Below are positions 10,482-19,763 of a stretch of 64,000 bases of DNA, in pieces (position 1 is the stretch's first letter; each line of letters opens with the position of its first letter). The stretch covers positions 576,001 to 640,000 of the forward strand of contig CAWCKJ010000004.1 of assembly GCA_963796105.1 (NCBI GenBank). The letters run 5' to 3'. A program made the position numbers and the translations under genes. Origin of the DNA: a candidate division FCPU426 bacterium (lineage in GTDB: Bacteria > Oederibacteriota > Muellerivitia > Muellerivitales > Muellerivitaceae). Below the pieces are notes generated by a model that saw only the letters and a list, made by a program, of their open reading frames with translations, did not search any database and was not told where the DNA came from.

Positions 10482-11435
10482 TTATTGTGGACTCGTCATG
10501 CCCATGGCGGCGAAAGTGCCGATCTGGGAAACGGCCCCGTACAACATGGTTTGGTTGCTGCTGAGGGTCACCTGGCCGTGGATGCTGTGGACATAGAGCC
10601 CCGCGGAGTTGCCGTCCCCCGGGATCGGGTCCGGCATCACGAGGCTTAATTTCCGGAGTTCGGTGCTGAAGACGGCTTGCGCCACGAGTGAATTGGGGGC
10701 TGTCGTCATGGGCACGGAAAACAATCCCGTGACAGAGTTCACGGTTTTATCCAGTCTCTTGTAAACGTAGCCGTTGGCCACGATGTTCCAGACAAACCCA
10801 TCCCCGTTGATGAAGTTTGTGGACCTTTTTCCGGTGACATCCTGGACAGCGTTGGGAATGGGCGTCGCTTGTTGTCTCACAACCTCGTACCTTCCCCAAT
10901 AAAGAGCTTTTGCTGTCACAGGATCATCGAGGGGGTATTCCTTCACGAGGCCGATGGATGCGTCGATGGTGTCGGATAGCTGGGAGTTGGCCGTGTTGTT
11001 TTGGGGGTTGAAAGCCTGGTCCACGTTGGAGAAGCCGGGAAGGGGGGTCGCGATTTGTCCGAAGGTGGCGGTGTTATTGGCCGCGCCTGCCACGACTCCC
11101 CCGTTGGCCTGCTGGCGCGCGTACCAGCCGAGGGCGTCCACGAGACCGGCCCTGGCCACGTTTTCCGCCTCGCCCACGTAGAGGGCGCTTTCCTTGGACG
11201 ACCGCGCGGAATTTGCGACCATCTTGAAAGCGATGGTGATCAGCATGGTGGCCACCACCATGAAAATAGCGGCCATGACCAGGGCGGAACCTTCGCGTTT
11301 TCCGAGGGTTTGGAAGAAACGGCTAAAAAGGGAGGATGAATTCTTATTCCGCGAAGAGCCGGAAACCCCGAAGAAACCCCAGAAAGCCTCGCTCAAGGGG
11401 TGAAAAGAAGGGGATGTGCGCCGACGTGGACTCAT
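10482..11435 (-). CDS. PilX/GspK-like minor pilin, N-terminal part (start uncertain)
   Basis: REG|SALVMAAIFMVVATMLIT hydrophobic helix lacking Glu5, then AENVARAGLVDALGW, typical of PilX N-termini. Confidence 0.75.
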   Translation of the reverse strand: MSPRRRTSPSFHPLSEAFWGFFGVSGSSRNKNSSSLFSRFFQTLGKREGSALVMAAIFMVVATMLITIAFKMVANSARSSKESALYVGEAENVARAGLVDALGWYARQQANGGVVAGAANNTATFGQIATPLPGFSNVDQAFNPQNNTANSQLSDTIDASIGLVKEYPLDDPVTAKALYWGRYEVVRQQATPIPNAVQDVTGKRSTNFINGDGFVWNIVANGYVYKRLDKTVNSVTGLFSVPMTTAPNSLVAQAVFSTELRKLSLVMPDPIPGDGNSAGLYVHSIHGQVTLSSNQTMLYGAVSQIGTFAAMGMTSPQ

Positions 11436-11897
11436 TGCTGTCGCTCCTTAAATAACGGGCATTGGGGTTATTTTAACAGGAAAGTTCTGATTCTTTGGAG
11501 CGGCAACCCCAGGAATGGATGCTGTTTTGAGAACTGCTTTCATCGTTATTATCTCCTTAAAGGTAAGAAGAGTCAATTAACGTTCAACCTATATTTAGTA
11601 AAACGTCTTTCTTTCGCCCCCAGTAATGGTACCCCCGCTCTTTCCAACCCATGCGTATAGCTCATGGCCTGAATGCCAAATCGAGTCAAGAAAATCACTC
11701 CGTTTTCATGACCTTTTACGCCCGGTTTCGTAATGATACTTGGCGTCCCTATTTCCCGCTTCCGGATTTGACCGGTAATCAATGGCTAGATTGGCGGGAG
11801 TTTTTTTCTCTCATTTAAATTTCTACCCTCATTTATGAATTTTATTACACCTCTAAATCGTTTCTCAAGAGGCTGAACCCAAAACATTTTCCTTATC

Positions 11898-12725
11898 TCA
11901 ACTAGAAAACTCACCGATCAAAAAGGTGTGGTCCGAGGGTTTTTCCAGGCCCCGGGGCTTGGTGTCGATCCAAATTTTTTGGAGGCGCTTTACCATGGGC
12001 GGGGTTCCCAGGATATGGTCGATCCTCCATCCGAGGTTCCGCTTGAAGGTGCCGGGCTGGCGGAAATCCCAAAAGGTGTAGTGTCCCGGCCCCTTCTCTT
12101 TTTCCCTGAACAAGTCAGTCCATTTCCCTTCCGCGCATTCCTTCAAAGCGTTTCGCGCGTCGATGTGGAAGCAGGGATGGTCGCGGTTCCCCTGGGGATT
12201 GTTCAAGTCGATTTCCTCCGGAGCCACGTTCAGGTCCCCCATCCAAAGGGCCGGCCGGCCCAAGGGAACCTCTTTTTGAAAATATTTTTTCAGGTCCGCC
12301 AGGAATTTGAGCTTGTAACGGTACTTCTCGGACTCGATCTCAAAGCCCTGCGGGACGTAGGTGTTGACGAGAAGCACACCTTCGTACTCGCCCGCCAGGA
12401 AGCGGGCCTGCTCCTCGGCTTCGCCGGGATAAAGCCGGTCCGTCACGAGGCTCACGGGTTTCTTGGAAATGAAAGCCACGCCGTTGTAGCTTTTTTGCCC
12501 CCGGAAAACCACGTTCCATCCCGCCGATTCCAGGGGCTCCCTCGGGAACTCGTGGTCCTGGACTTTCGTTTCCTGAACAGCCAGGACGTCGGGCTTTTCC
12601 TTTTTCAGCCAGTTGAGCACGATATCCAGCCTGGCCCTCAGGGAATTGGCGTTGAACGTCGCGATCTTAAGTTTCCCGGAAACAACGCCACTGATTTTTT
12701 TTTTAGGAATTGATCTTTTTGGCAT
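11898..12725 (-). CDS. xth: Exodeoxyribonuclease III / AP endonuclease
   Basis: KIATFNANSLRAR, VQETK, YNGVA, GDLNVA, GWRIDHI and PSDH motifs. Confidence 0.96.
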   Translation of the reverse strand: MPKRSIPKKKISGVVSGKLKIATFNANSLRARLDIVLNWLKKEKPDVLAVQETKVQDHEFPREPLESAGWNVVFRGQKSYNGVAFISKKPVSLVTDRLYPGEAEEQARFLAGEYEGVLLVNTYVPQGFEIESEKYRYKLKFLADLKKYFQKEVPLGRPALWMGDLNVAPEEIDLNNPQGNRDHPCFHIDARNALKECAEGKWTDLFREKEKGPGHYTFWDFRQPGTFKRNLGWRIDHILGTPPMVKRLQKIWIDTKPRGLEKPSDHTFLIGEFSS

Positions 12726-12788
12726 TAGAGTCCTCTATTTCTCGAATAACTGTATTTATGAAAACTTAAAAACGCAAAAACCTTTTTC

Positions 12789-13030
12789 GCCACGGATGCG
12801 CCGATCATTTGTAAAAACAGATTGAGATCGGTGCGATACCAGCCTCCATTAAAGCTCAATGGAAGGCCCATGCGTCGAAGGTTCAAACCGAGGCGCGCTT
12901 CTGGTGTGCCGGGCCATCCATTAAAAGGCCCGGCCTGGCATGCAGGGGATTCATGGGATAAAAGCGAAACCCTAAAAAATCCATCCAACGGAAAATTATT
13001 TTTTCGTCCATTCTTCCCGCGCGGAAATCC
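12789..13030 (-). repeat. GxxExxY-flanking repeat with inserted double-hairpin module; inverted copy of 15078-15252
   Basis: Near-identical to the reverse complement of 15078-15252 apart from ~68 bp of extra hairpins at ~12868-12934; includes the 3' end of the GxxExxY gene. Confidence 0.9.
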
Positions 13031-13414
13031 TCCTGAATTGAAGTTCCGGCTTCCCGAAATTCAGAAGCAGGCAAACCTCTAAACCCGTCGCTTTGAGGTA
13101 GTTCAGGCACTGTGCGTAATGCACATTATCCAAAGCTTGAACAGCTTTCAATTCCACTAGAACCTTTTCTTCCACCAGCAAATCAGCGACATATTCCCCA
13201 ACCAATACGTCGCGGTATTTGACTTCAATGGGTCTTTGCTGTACCGCTTTTAAGCCGCTATGCCGCAACTCCACAGCCAAAGCGTTCTCATAAACTTTTT
13301 CCAAAAAACCGCTTCCAAGGTGTTCATGACCGTAAAGGCGCAGCCGATGATTTTCTCGGTAATATCATTAAAAGCGAATGTCTGATTGGAAGAATTTTCC
13401 TGTTTTATATCCAT
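12996..13414 (-). pseudogene. GxxExxY (PD-(D/E)XK-like) protein with a single-base frameshift near 13315
   Basis: MDIKQ..ITEKIIGCAFTVMNTL joins GSGFLEKVYENAL..ADLLVEEKVLVELKA..NYLKATGL..LLLNFG if one G is restored in TTG(G)GAAGC. Could be a sequencing indel. Confidence 0.85.
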
Positions 13415-13502
13415 CTCATAATCTCTCTGAAAATTTGGCCACTTCGTTGTTCCCACAAATGTTTTATCTTTTTTTACCTTAAAAGGTTTTTTTCTTTATT
13501 TT

Positions 13503-13627
13503 ATCCTACGCATCCCCTGCATGCCCCCTGAAACGGCAAAGCCGTTTCCTTCCATAAAACTGTTATGGAGGTCGGTATCGTGCCGATTTCCTTAACTGCT
13601 TTATGGTGAATCGGTACATCCGTGGCT
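13503..13627 (+). repeat. GxxExxY-flanking repeat with double-hairpin module (divergent copy)
   Basis: ATCCCCTGCAT-GCC...CCTTCCATAAAACTGTTATGGAGGTCGGTATCGTGCCGAT...ATCGGTACAT-CCGTGGCT. Confidence 0.8.
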
Positions 13628-13733
13628 AATTGCCCTTTTCTTTTACAGTTTATCCTAATTATTGTTCCTGATCCTTTTCTTAAAAGTCTTGTCCTGTTCA
13701 AACTATCTGTTTAGTCGGTTTTTTGCCTTTGTC

Positions 13734-13762
13734 CATCCCATGTATCCCCTGCATCCGTGGTT
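13734..13762 (+). repeat. Empty form of the GxxExxY-flanking repeat
   Basis: ATCCCATGTATCCCCTGCATCCGTGGTT: the same flanks without the hairpin module. Confidence 0.75.
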
Positions 13763-13772
13763 AAATTTCTTT

Positions 13773-14078
13773 TTAGTTCGTCTCGTAATCCACCGCCGCG
13801 CGCGCTTCCGTGACCCTCTGGACGAACGCGACCACCTTCTGGTGCTCGGGATGGTTCCGGTACCGGGCCAGGCCGTCCTTGTCCTGGAAGGCCGAAACCA
13901 AAACCACGTCGTAATTCGCGCCGGACGCCTCCATCTGGAACTCCACTTCCAGCTCGACGATTTGCGGGATGAAGCCCCGCAGGGCTTCCAGCATGTCCCG
14001 GAGTTTCAGGAAGTTCTCCCCCTTGGAGGCGCCCTCAGCCTGTTCTTTCAGCTTCCACATGACGATATGCCTGATCAT
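13773..14078 (-). CDS. Dabb family (stress-responsive A/B barrel) protein
   Basis: MIRHIVMWKLK..YDVVLVSAF..YRNHPEHQKV..AAVDY pattern. Confidence 0.9.
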   Translation of the reverse strand: MIRHIVMWKLKEQAEGASKGENFLKLRDMLEALRGFIPQIVELEVEFQMEASGANYDVVLVSAFQDKDGLARYRNHPEHQKVVAFVQRVTEARAAVDYETN

Positions 14079-14430
14079 GGACACCCCCCGGATTCGTATG
14101 GAACTGGTTAAAAATCATACAAGAGCCCCCAATAAAAACAAACCCCTCGGCCGGATTCATTACAGGTTGTCCAATTAAAACTTCGGTAACATCCGCGCTC
14201 TTGGCCCACTCTCCGTAAAACCCTTTTGGCCTTACAGTTGTCAAGGGACGTCCCTCCGCACCTCAGTGTAGGGAAAAGCTTTGGGTCGTTTCTAGGAATG
14301 ACATCTGAACAACCGGCCTACTTTGGAGATATTTTGAAAGTGGTCCTCAGAGAGAAGATTTCAAGGGGAGCAACCAAGGCGGGGGAAGAGGTGGCATAGC
14401 TTTTACCACCATGTCTTTAGCTTAGGGTTA

Positions 14431-14649
14431 TTATGCCATCGCTACTGTAACTTGTTCCAACACTACCTTCTTCAACACCTCGTCCAAATGCCCTATATGG
14501 TCTTGGGCGTCTAATAATTCAATCCCGGCCACGGTTCCATCCTGGGCGTAATCAACGGCCAGTCCGTCCTCCAATTCCTTGGTGGTGACAGTCGTATCCT
14601 GGAAGCCGATGTACAGCACGTCCGTTTGTTTGTTGTATGTGACTTTCAT
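14431..14649 (-). CDS. DUF2283-like putative antitoxin
   Basis: MKVTYNKQTDVLYI..VDYAQDGTVAGIELLDA pattern; directly downstream of a small toxin-like gene. Confidence 0.85.
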   Translation of the reverse strand: MKVTYNKQTDVLYIGFQDTTVTTKELEDGLAVDYAQDGTVAGIELLDAQDHIGHLDEVLKKVVLEQVTVAMA

Positions 14650-14660
14650 TTATGCCCCCC

Positions 14661-14915
14661 TTAAAAGTAGAAAACGTAAACAGTGTCCACTATAATTTCG
14701 TTTTCCAATTCCTCAAAAATGACCTTTACCTGCTTTGTATTATACGTCTTTTCGTTCCACTGTTTCCCATAGGGGAAGCTTTTCTTGCATTGAAGCCGGT
14801 TTTTCTTAGCTCCTTCCCACTTAGCCTCCCGTATAGCTGTCACTGCTTCATCTTCACTGGCCCCCCGCAAAGCCATCCTTGAGCGCGTGTGGCCGTCAAA
14901 TGAAATAGGTTTCAT
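14661..14915 (-). CDS. DUF4258-like putative RelE-fold toxin
   Basis: HTRSRMALRGASEDE..VKVIFEELENEIIVDTVY pattern; paired with DUF2283. Confidence 0.75.
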   Translation of the reverse strand: MKPISFDGHTRSRMALRGASEDEAVTAIREAKWEGAKKNRLQCKKSFPYGKQWNEKTYNTKQVKVIFEELENEIIVDTVYVFYF

Positions 14916-15077
14916 TGGCTGATTATATCCTCTCATGTATCTTCAGAAATACCTAAAAGGCGAGAATTAAAGGCTATTGGACGGGTATGAATTTTTAGCG
15001 GCTAACCGAAACGGGTGAACCCCCATTGCTGAAAATTTGGGGAGTAATAACCCGAATTATGTTTCGAATTTTTAGAC

Positions 15078-15252
15078 GGATTTCCGCGCGGGAAGAATGG
15101 ACGAAAAAATAATTTTCCGTTGGATGGATTTTTTAGGGTTTCGCTTTTATCCCATGAATCCCCTGCATGCCAGCCTTCCATTAAACTTTTATGGAGGCTG
15201 GTATCGCACCGATCTCAATCTGTTTTTACAAATGATCGGCGCATCCGTGGCT
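15078..15252 (+). repeat. 3' remnant of a GxxExxY gene plus flanking repeat with double-hairpin module
   Basis: Encodes RISAREEWTKK*, identical to the end of the gene at 12996, followed by the repeat; the module is bounded by GCAT at 15165-15168 and 15241-15244. Confidence 0.9.
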
Positions 15253-15447
15253 AAAATCTTTTTCGTTTGGTAGTTTATCCTCAACGTTTTATTTTAGTTT
15301 GGCCTATGATTATTCCTTGTTTTTTCTTTCCTTAATTCAATCCCATATATCTGTGGCTAGATATTGTTTTGTCTTTTTTTCTTCGGAATCCGGCCAACCC
15401 TTGGGACAATGGGTTCTCTTAACTCATCTTCAGGTATGGAAGGCGCT

Positions 15448-17973
15448 ATGGGCCGGAACCGCGATCATTTTTTCCTGCCGGCTTTTTTCCAGCCGGTGAA
15501 GGGGTCCCCGAAATGGATTTTTTCCGCCATGGTCCTGGGACTATTGGGCCAGGGGTGGATGGGATTGGAAAAATCTCCCGAGACCCTCGCGGTCGGCTTG
15601 GTGATCTTTGCCGCCGCCGTTTTCATCTTCCTGCGCTCCGCGAAACCTTTCGAGGCGCCGCGAACCCACTCCCGGGAGCTGAGTTCCCGGACGGAATGGG
15701 GCTGGTTTTCCCTGATTCTCGCGGTTTCGGTTTTCATGAGGTTCTGGAGGCTCCGGGACTTTCCCCCGGGGCTTTTCCTCGACCAGGGATACCAGGGTTA
15801 CTCGGCGCTTCGCATCCTCCGCGAGGGGTACCGCCCCCTCTTCGATCAGGACTTGTTGAAGGCCCCGGCACTCTTTCTTTACGAACTGGCCGCCTGGTTC
15901 ACTCTCGCCGGACCGGGTGAGCTCTCCTCAAAGGTGTTTTTCGTCCTGGTTTCCCTCGCGGCCCTTCCCTTCGTTTATTGGTCCTTCAGGGAACTGGCCG
16001 GCCCCCGGAAGGCCCTCCTGGCCTTTTTCATCCTGGGCGTCATGCGCTGGCACGTGAACCTGAGCCGTTGGGGGCATTTCGCCATCCATGATTATTTTTT
16101 CATGTTCTCCAGCCTCTTTTTTTTCCTGTACGGCCTCCGAACGGAAAAGAGATGGGCCTTCTTAACATCGGGATTTCTTTTGGGTTTGGGCATGTATTAC
16201 TACGAGGCTTACGACGCCTTTCCCGCGCTTATGTTGGTTTATATGCTTTATGAGTTTCTCAACCGCAAGGACAAAACCGGACTCAAGCTTCCCTTCGCCG
16301 GAATGGCCCTCCTGTTCCTGGCGGTTTCGGCTCCCCTGTTCATTTACGGCTGGGCGAAAGGCGGTTTGGGCCAGCGCATGGGAGAGGTTTCCCTGTTCAA
16401 TGTCATGTGGATGCCCTTCACCCTGAAGCCCTTGTGGGAGAGCCTGGTTAGCCTCGCTCTCATGTTCAATTGGAAAGGGGACCTCAACCAGCGTCACAAT
16501 TTCCACGAGGCTCCCATGCTGGACCCCATGACGGGGGTATTGTTCGTTCTGGGGCTGTTCTTCCTGCTTCGGTCCTGGAAAAAGCGGGAGAATTTTTACG
16601 CGCTGTCGGGCCTCGCGGTTTTGAGCCTTCCGGGAGTCCTCTCCTTATACATGCCCCATGCCCTCAGGTTGAACGGCATGGTTCCCTTCGTTGCCCTCGC
16701 CGCGGCGGCCCCCCTGGATCGCCTCCTGGAAGGGATTCCTTCCCTCCCCAAGCCCCGCAGAGTCCTGGCCGCGTTTTTTATGGCGGGTCTCCCGCTTTGT
16801 CTGGCGGCCTATTCCAACTTTCACGCCTATTTCACCCTTCAAATGGGCGACCCGGAATGCTGGTATTGGTGGGACCCCGTTCCCACTGTGATCGGCCGGA
16901 GAATACTGGAAAAAGGCGCCGGTACCGAATTCGAGGTGACCAACCGGTGCAAGGAAAACGCCACGGTCCTTTTTCTCGCCTATCCCCACAGGGACAGCTA
17001 CAAATCCTTCGACAGCATGGACCGCATGCCCCCTCTCCCAGCCGATCCTTCAAAAAACGTGGAATATGCCTTGGAATCCCAGTGGCAGGGAATCCGTTCC
17101 TTGATCCCCCGCTTGTTCCCGGATTGCAGGATGGAATCCCTCGCGGACCCCGGCGGGCACCCGGCCTGCTATTTTTATGACGTTTCCGCCGGGGTCCTCA
17201 ACCGGGTCCGGGGACTTTCCGCCACTTACAAACCCTCCGGAAAAAAAGTCCAGGCGGGATTATTCCCTAACAGCCTGCCGGAGGGCCCCTTTCTGGCTGA
17301 TTTCCAGGGATGCGTCTATCTTCCCTTGAATGGGGATTATTCCTTGGAAATCTCCGGAAACACCCAAGCCTCTGTCCGGATCGGTGAAAAAAATATCCAG
17401 CCGGGCGGGGAGTTCAGCGCGTCGCCGGGTTTCTATGGAATACTCGCGCGGGTGAGGGCTCCGCGTGGAAAACCCCTTCTTTTAATCACTCTCCTCGGGC
17501 CCGACGGCCATAAAACAGCCTTGGGCCCGGAAAACCTGACGACTCTCCCCTTAAACCACGGCCTTCTCGCCATCCGCGATCTTTCCGGCTACAAGCTTCT
17601 ACCCGCCAAATTTTCCAATTGGGAACAAGTCCTCGATTATGACTACGGCTACAGTTTCCCCTTCCTTTCCCAGGGGGGCCTGGAAAACGCCGGCTCCGTG
17701 AGGTGGATAGGCGAATTGACCGCGCGTGTTTCCGGATTGTACCGCCTGCGGTTCGAATCCCCTTCCGGCGTCACCTTGACCCTGGATGGAAAAAATTACC
17801 TCTGCAAGGAAGAGGGCCCTGGCGTCGATCTTCACCTTGAAAAAGGCCCCCATTCGATTGTGATCGACGCGCCGGACCGCCCGGATCATTTGGCTTTTTA
17901 TTGGACCCCGCCCGGCCAAAAGGATGAGGAAGTCGTACCGATGGAGGCTTTTGGAACCACGCGATTGGAATGA
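15448..17973 (+). CDS. GT-C (GT39/ArnT/PMT-like) membrane glycosyltransferase with C-terminal PA14-like domains (start uncertain)
   Basis: Many TM helices; RFWRL..FPPGLFLDQG loop; WHVNLSR; C-terminal SVRWIGEL..SGLYRL..LEKGPHSI..FYWTPPG..EEVVP PA14 pattern. Confidence 0.85.
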   Translation: MGRNRDHFFLPAFFQPVKGSPKWIFSAMVLGLLGQGWMGLEKSPETLAVGLVIFAAAVFIFLRSAKPFEAPRTHSRELSSRTEWGWFSLILAVSVFMRFWRLRDFPPGLFLDQGYQGYSALRILREGYRPLFDQDLLKAPALFLYELAAWFTLAGPGELSSKVFFVLVSLAALPFVYWSFRELAGPRKALLAFFILGVMRWHVNLSRWGHFAIHDYFFMFSSLFFFLYGLRTEKRWAFLTSGFLLGLGMYYYEAYDAFPALMLVYMLYEFLNRKDKTGLKLPFAGMALLFLAVSAPLFIYGWAKGGLGQRMGEVSLFNVMWMPFTLKPLWESLVSLALMFNWKGDLNQRHNFHEAPMLDPMTGVLFVLGLFFLLRSWKKRENFYALSGLAVLSLPGVLSLYMPHALRLNGMVPFVALAAAAPLDRLLEGIPSLPKPRRVLAAFFMAGLPLCLAAYSNFHAYFTLQMGDPECWYWWDPVPTVIGRRILEKGAGTEFEVTNRCKENATVLFLAYPHRDSYKSFDSMDRMPPLPADPSKNVEYALESQWQGIRSLIPRLFPDCRMESLADPGGHPACYFYDVSAGVLNRVRGLSATYKPSGKKVQAGLFPNSLPEGPFLADFQGCVYLPLNGDYSLEISGNTQASVRIGEKNIQPGGEFSASPGFYGILARVRAPRGKPLLLITLLGPDGHKTALGPENLTTLPLNHGLLAIRDLSGYKLLPAKFSNWEQVLDYDYGYSFPFLSQGGLENAGSVRWIGELTARVSGLYRLRFESPSGVTLTLDGKNYLCKEEGPGVDLHLEKGPHSIVIDAPDRPDHLAFYWTPPGQKDEEVVPMEAFGTTRLE

Positions 17974-18179
17974 TTCATCAAATGAGCCCCAGAATTTTTC
18001 CAAGCCGGAGGTATTAACCCATTTCCCAGGGATTTCGGTAATTACCAAAGGAAACCCGTTATTCCTTTTTGGTCTTTAAACCCCGGAGGAAAACGGCTAA
18101 TTTAGTGGGCCTGTCCGGCGGGGGTGATTTTGCTCGAAACCCTCCTTATAGTTGACCATCAAATGGGGAGAAATATTAA

Positions 18180-18986
18180 ATGGGTTTGTTAAGCGGAAAG
18201 AAAGCTTTCATATTCGGCGTGGCCAACGACAGGTCGATCGCCTGGGGCATCGCCCAGGCCTTCCACCAGGAAGGGGCCGAACTGGGCTTCAATTTCCTGG
18301 GGGAGGCGCTTGAAAAAAGGGTCCGTCCCCTGGCGGAGTCCGCCGGAGCGAAACTGATTCTTCCCTGCGACGTCTCCAAGGACGACCAGATCCAGGCCCT
18401 CTACCGGGAGGTGGAGAAAACCTGGGGAAAACTCGACATCCTGGTGCATTGCGTGGCTTTCGCCAATAAGGACGAGCTCTCCGGCGCCTTTTCCAACACC
18501 AGCCGCGCGGGCTTCCATCTCGCGCTCGACATTTCGGCCTACAGCCTGATCGCCATCACCCGCCCCGCCCTTCCCCTGATGGGCGCGGGCGGGAATATCA
18601 TCACCCTCACTTATTACGGCTCCGAAAAGGTCATCCCCAATTACAACGTCATGGGAGTGGCCAAGGCCGCCCTGGAAAGCTCGGTTCGCTACCTGGCCAG
18701 CGATTTGGGGCCCCGCGGAATCAGGGTCAACGCCATTTCCGCCGGGGCCATCAAGACCCTGGCCGCCTCCGGCGTGGGGGGGTTCAAGACCATGCTGAAG
18801 ACCTCCGAGGGATTGACCCCGCTGAAGCGCAACGTCACCCAGGAGGAAGTGGGCAAGACCGCCCTGTACCTGGCCAGCGACCTGGCCTCGGGCGTGACGG
18901 GCGAGGTGATCTACGTGGACGCCGGCGCCAACATCATCGGCATGCATTTCGACGAGAAAAAGGAAGACGCCCCGCCTAAGCCTTAA
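18180..18986 (+). CDS. fabI: Enoyl-ACP reductase
   Basis: [25 protein letters not shown] and [15 protein letters not shown] motifs. Confidence 0.97.
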   Translation: MGLLSGKKAFIFGVANDRSIAWGIAQAFHQEGAELGFNFLGEALEKRVRPLAESAGAKLILPCDVSKDDQIQALYREVEKTWGKLDILVHCVAFANKDELSGAFSNTSRAGFHLALDISAYSLIAITRPALPLMGAGGNIITLTYYGSEKVIPNYNVMGVAKAALESSVRYLASDLGPRGIRVNAISAGAIKTLAASGVGGFKTMLKTSEGLTPLKRNVTQEEVGKTALYLASDLASGVTGEVIYVDAGANIIGMHFDEKKEDAPPKP

Positions 18987-19039
18987 AACCCAATAGCGAA
19001 TAACCATTTCTTTCTGTACAACCCCCAAAAATTCTTTTG

Positions 19040-19296
19040 CCACGGATTCAGGGGATACACATGGATAGGCTGAAGAAAAAGAATAAATTTCTTTGGTACC
19101 CACAGACTATGCCATAACTTCTATTGTTCCCAAGCCCTGCCCATCTCCAGGATGAGTTGGGACAACCTTGTCTCTTTCCTGTGTTTCTTTTAATCCCATG
19201 AATCCCATGCATGCCAGCCTTCCATTAAACTTTTATGGAGGCTGGTATCGCACCGATCTCAATCTGTTTTTATGGATGATCGGCGCATCCGTGGCT
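19040..19296. repeat. Inverted pair of GxxExxY-type flanking repeats with no gene between them; right arm carries the double-hairpin module
   Basis: GCCACGGATTCAGGGGATACACATGGAT at 19040; ATCCCATGAATCCCATGCAT-[module]-GCATCCGTGGCT at 19193-19296, nearly identical to 15149-15252. Confidence 0.85.
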
Positions 19297-19360
19297 AAGA
19301 AAGGTCTTTGCATTTCATCTTTAAGGAATGAATCTCTGTTGCTTTAATCCTGTTTTTTTT

Positions 19361-19735
19361 TTATTTAGAAATCCCAGCAGGTTCCCAAACTGAACAAAAA
19401 CTTCTGACTTCGATTTTTTCCGGCGGAAGTTTTTGGTGGATAATTTTAATAGGCACATCGGCGCAGGTCTGAAATCCTTCCGCCCGCGCGGTCAAGATCA
19501 CCCTCCCCCTGGGGGAGAAATCCCATCCTTTTGGCGAGAGCCAATATTCCAAAACCAGTTCTTCCGGCGCGTTTTTCTCGAACCTCAGCCTATGAAACCC
19601 CGAGAAATCCAGCGGCCGCCCTAATTGCCCCGCGAAGGCTTGAAGCTCCGCCGCTTGGCCGGGCCAACTGCCCTTTTCCAAAAAATATGATTGGGTCAAG
19701 GTTAAAATTACGCTAAGTTCTTTTTTAAGGTTCAT
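19361..19735 (-). CDS. Hypothetical protein downstream of radC
   Basis: ORF with purine-rich RBS, starting 28 bp after the radC stop on the same strand. Confidence 0.6.
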   Translation of the reverse strand: MNLKKELSVILTLTQSYFLEKGSWPGQAAELQAFAGQLGRPLDFSGFHRLRFEKNAPEELVLEYWLSPKGWDFSPRGRVILTARAEGFQTCADVPIKIIHQKLPPEKIEVRSFCSVWEPAGISK

Positions 19736-19763
19736 AAATCTCCCCTTCAAAATCCCCGATGAA

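Noticed and set aside
13300..13320. Programmed frameshift in the GxxExxY gene
   Set aside because: A single missing G restores the family consensus LGSGFLEKVY, so mutation or sequencing error is more parsimonious.
17745..17770. tRNA T-loop-like GGTTCGAATCCC
   Set aside because: Lies inside the glycosyltransferase coding frame with no cloverleaf around it.
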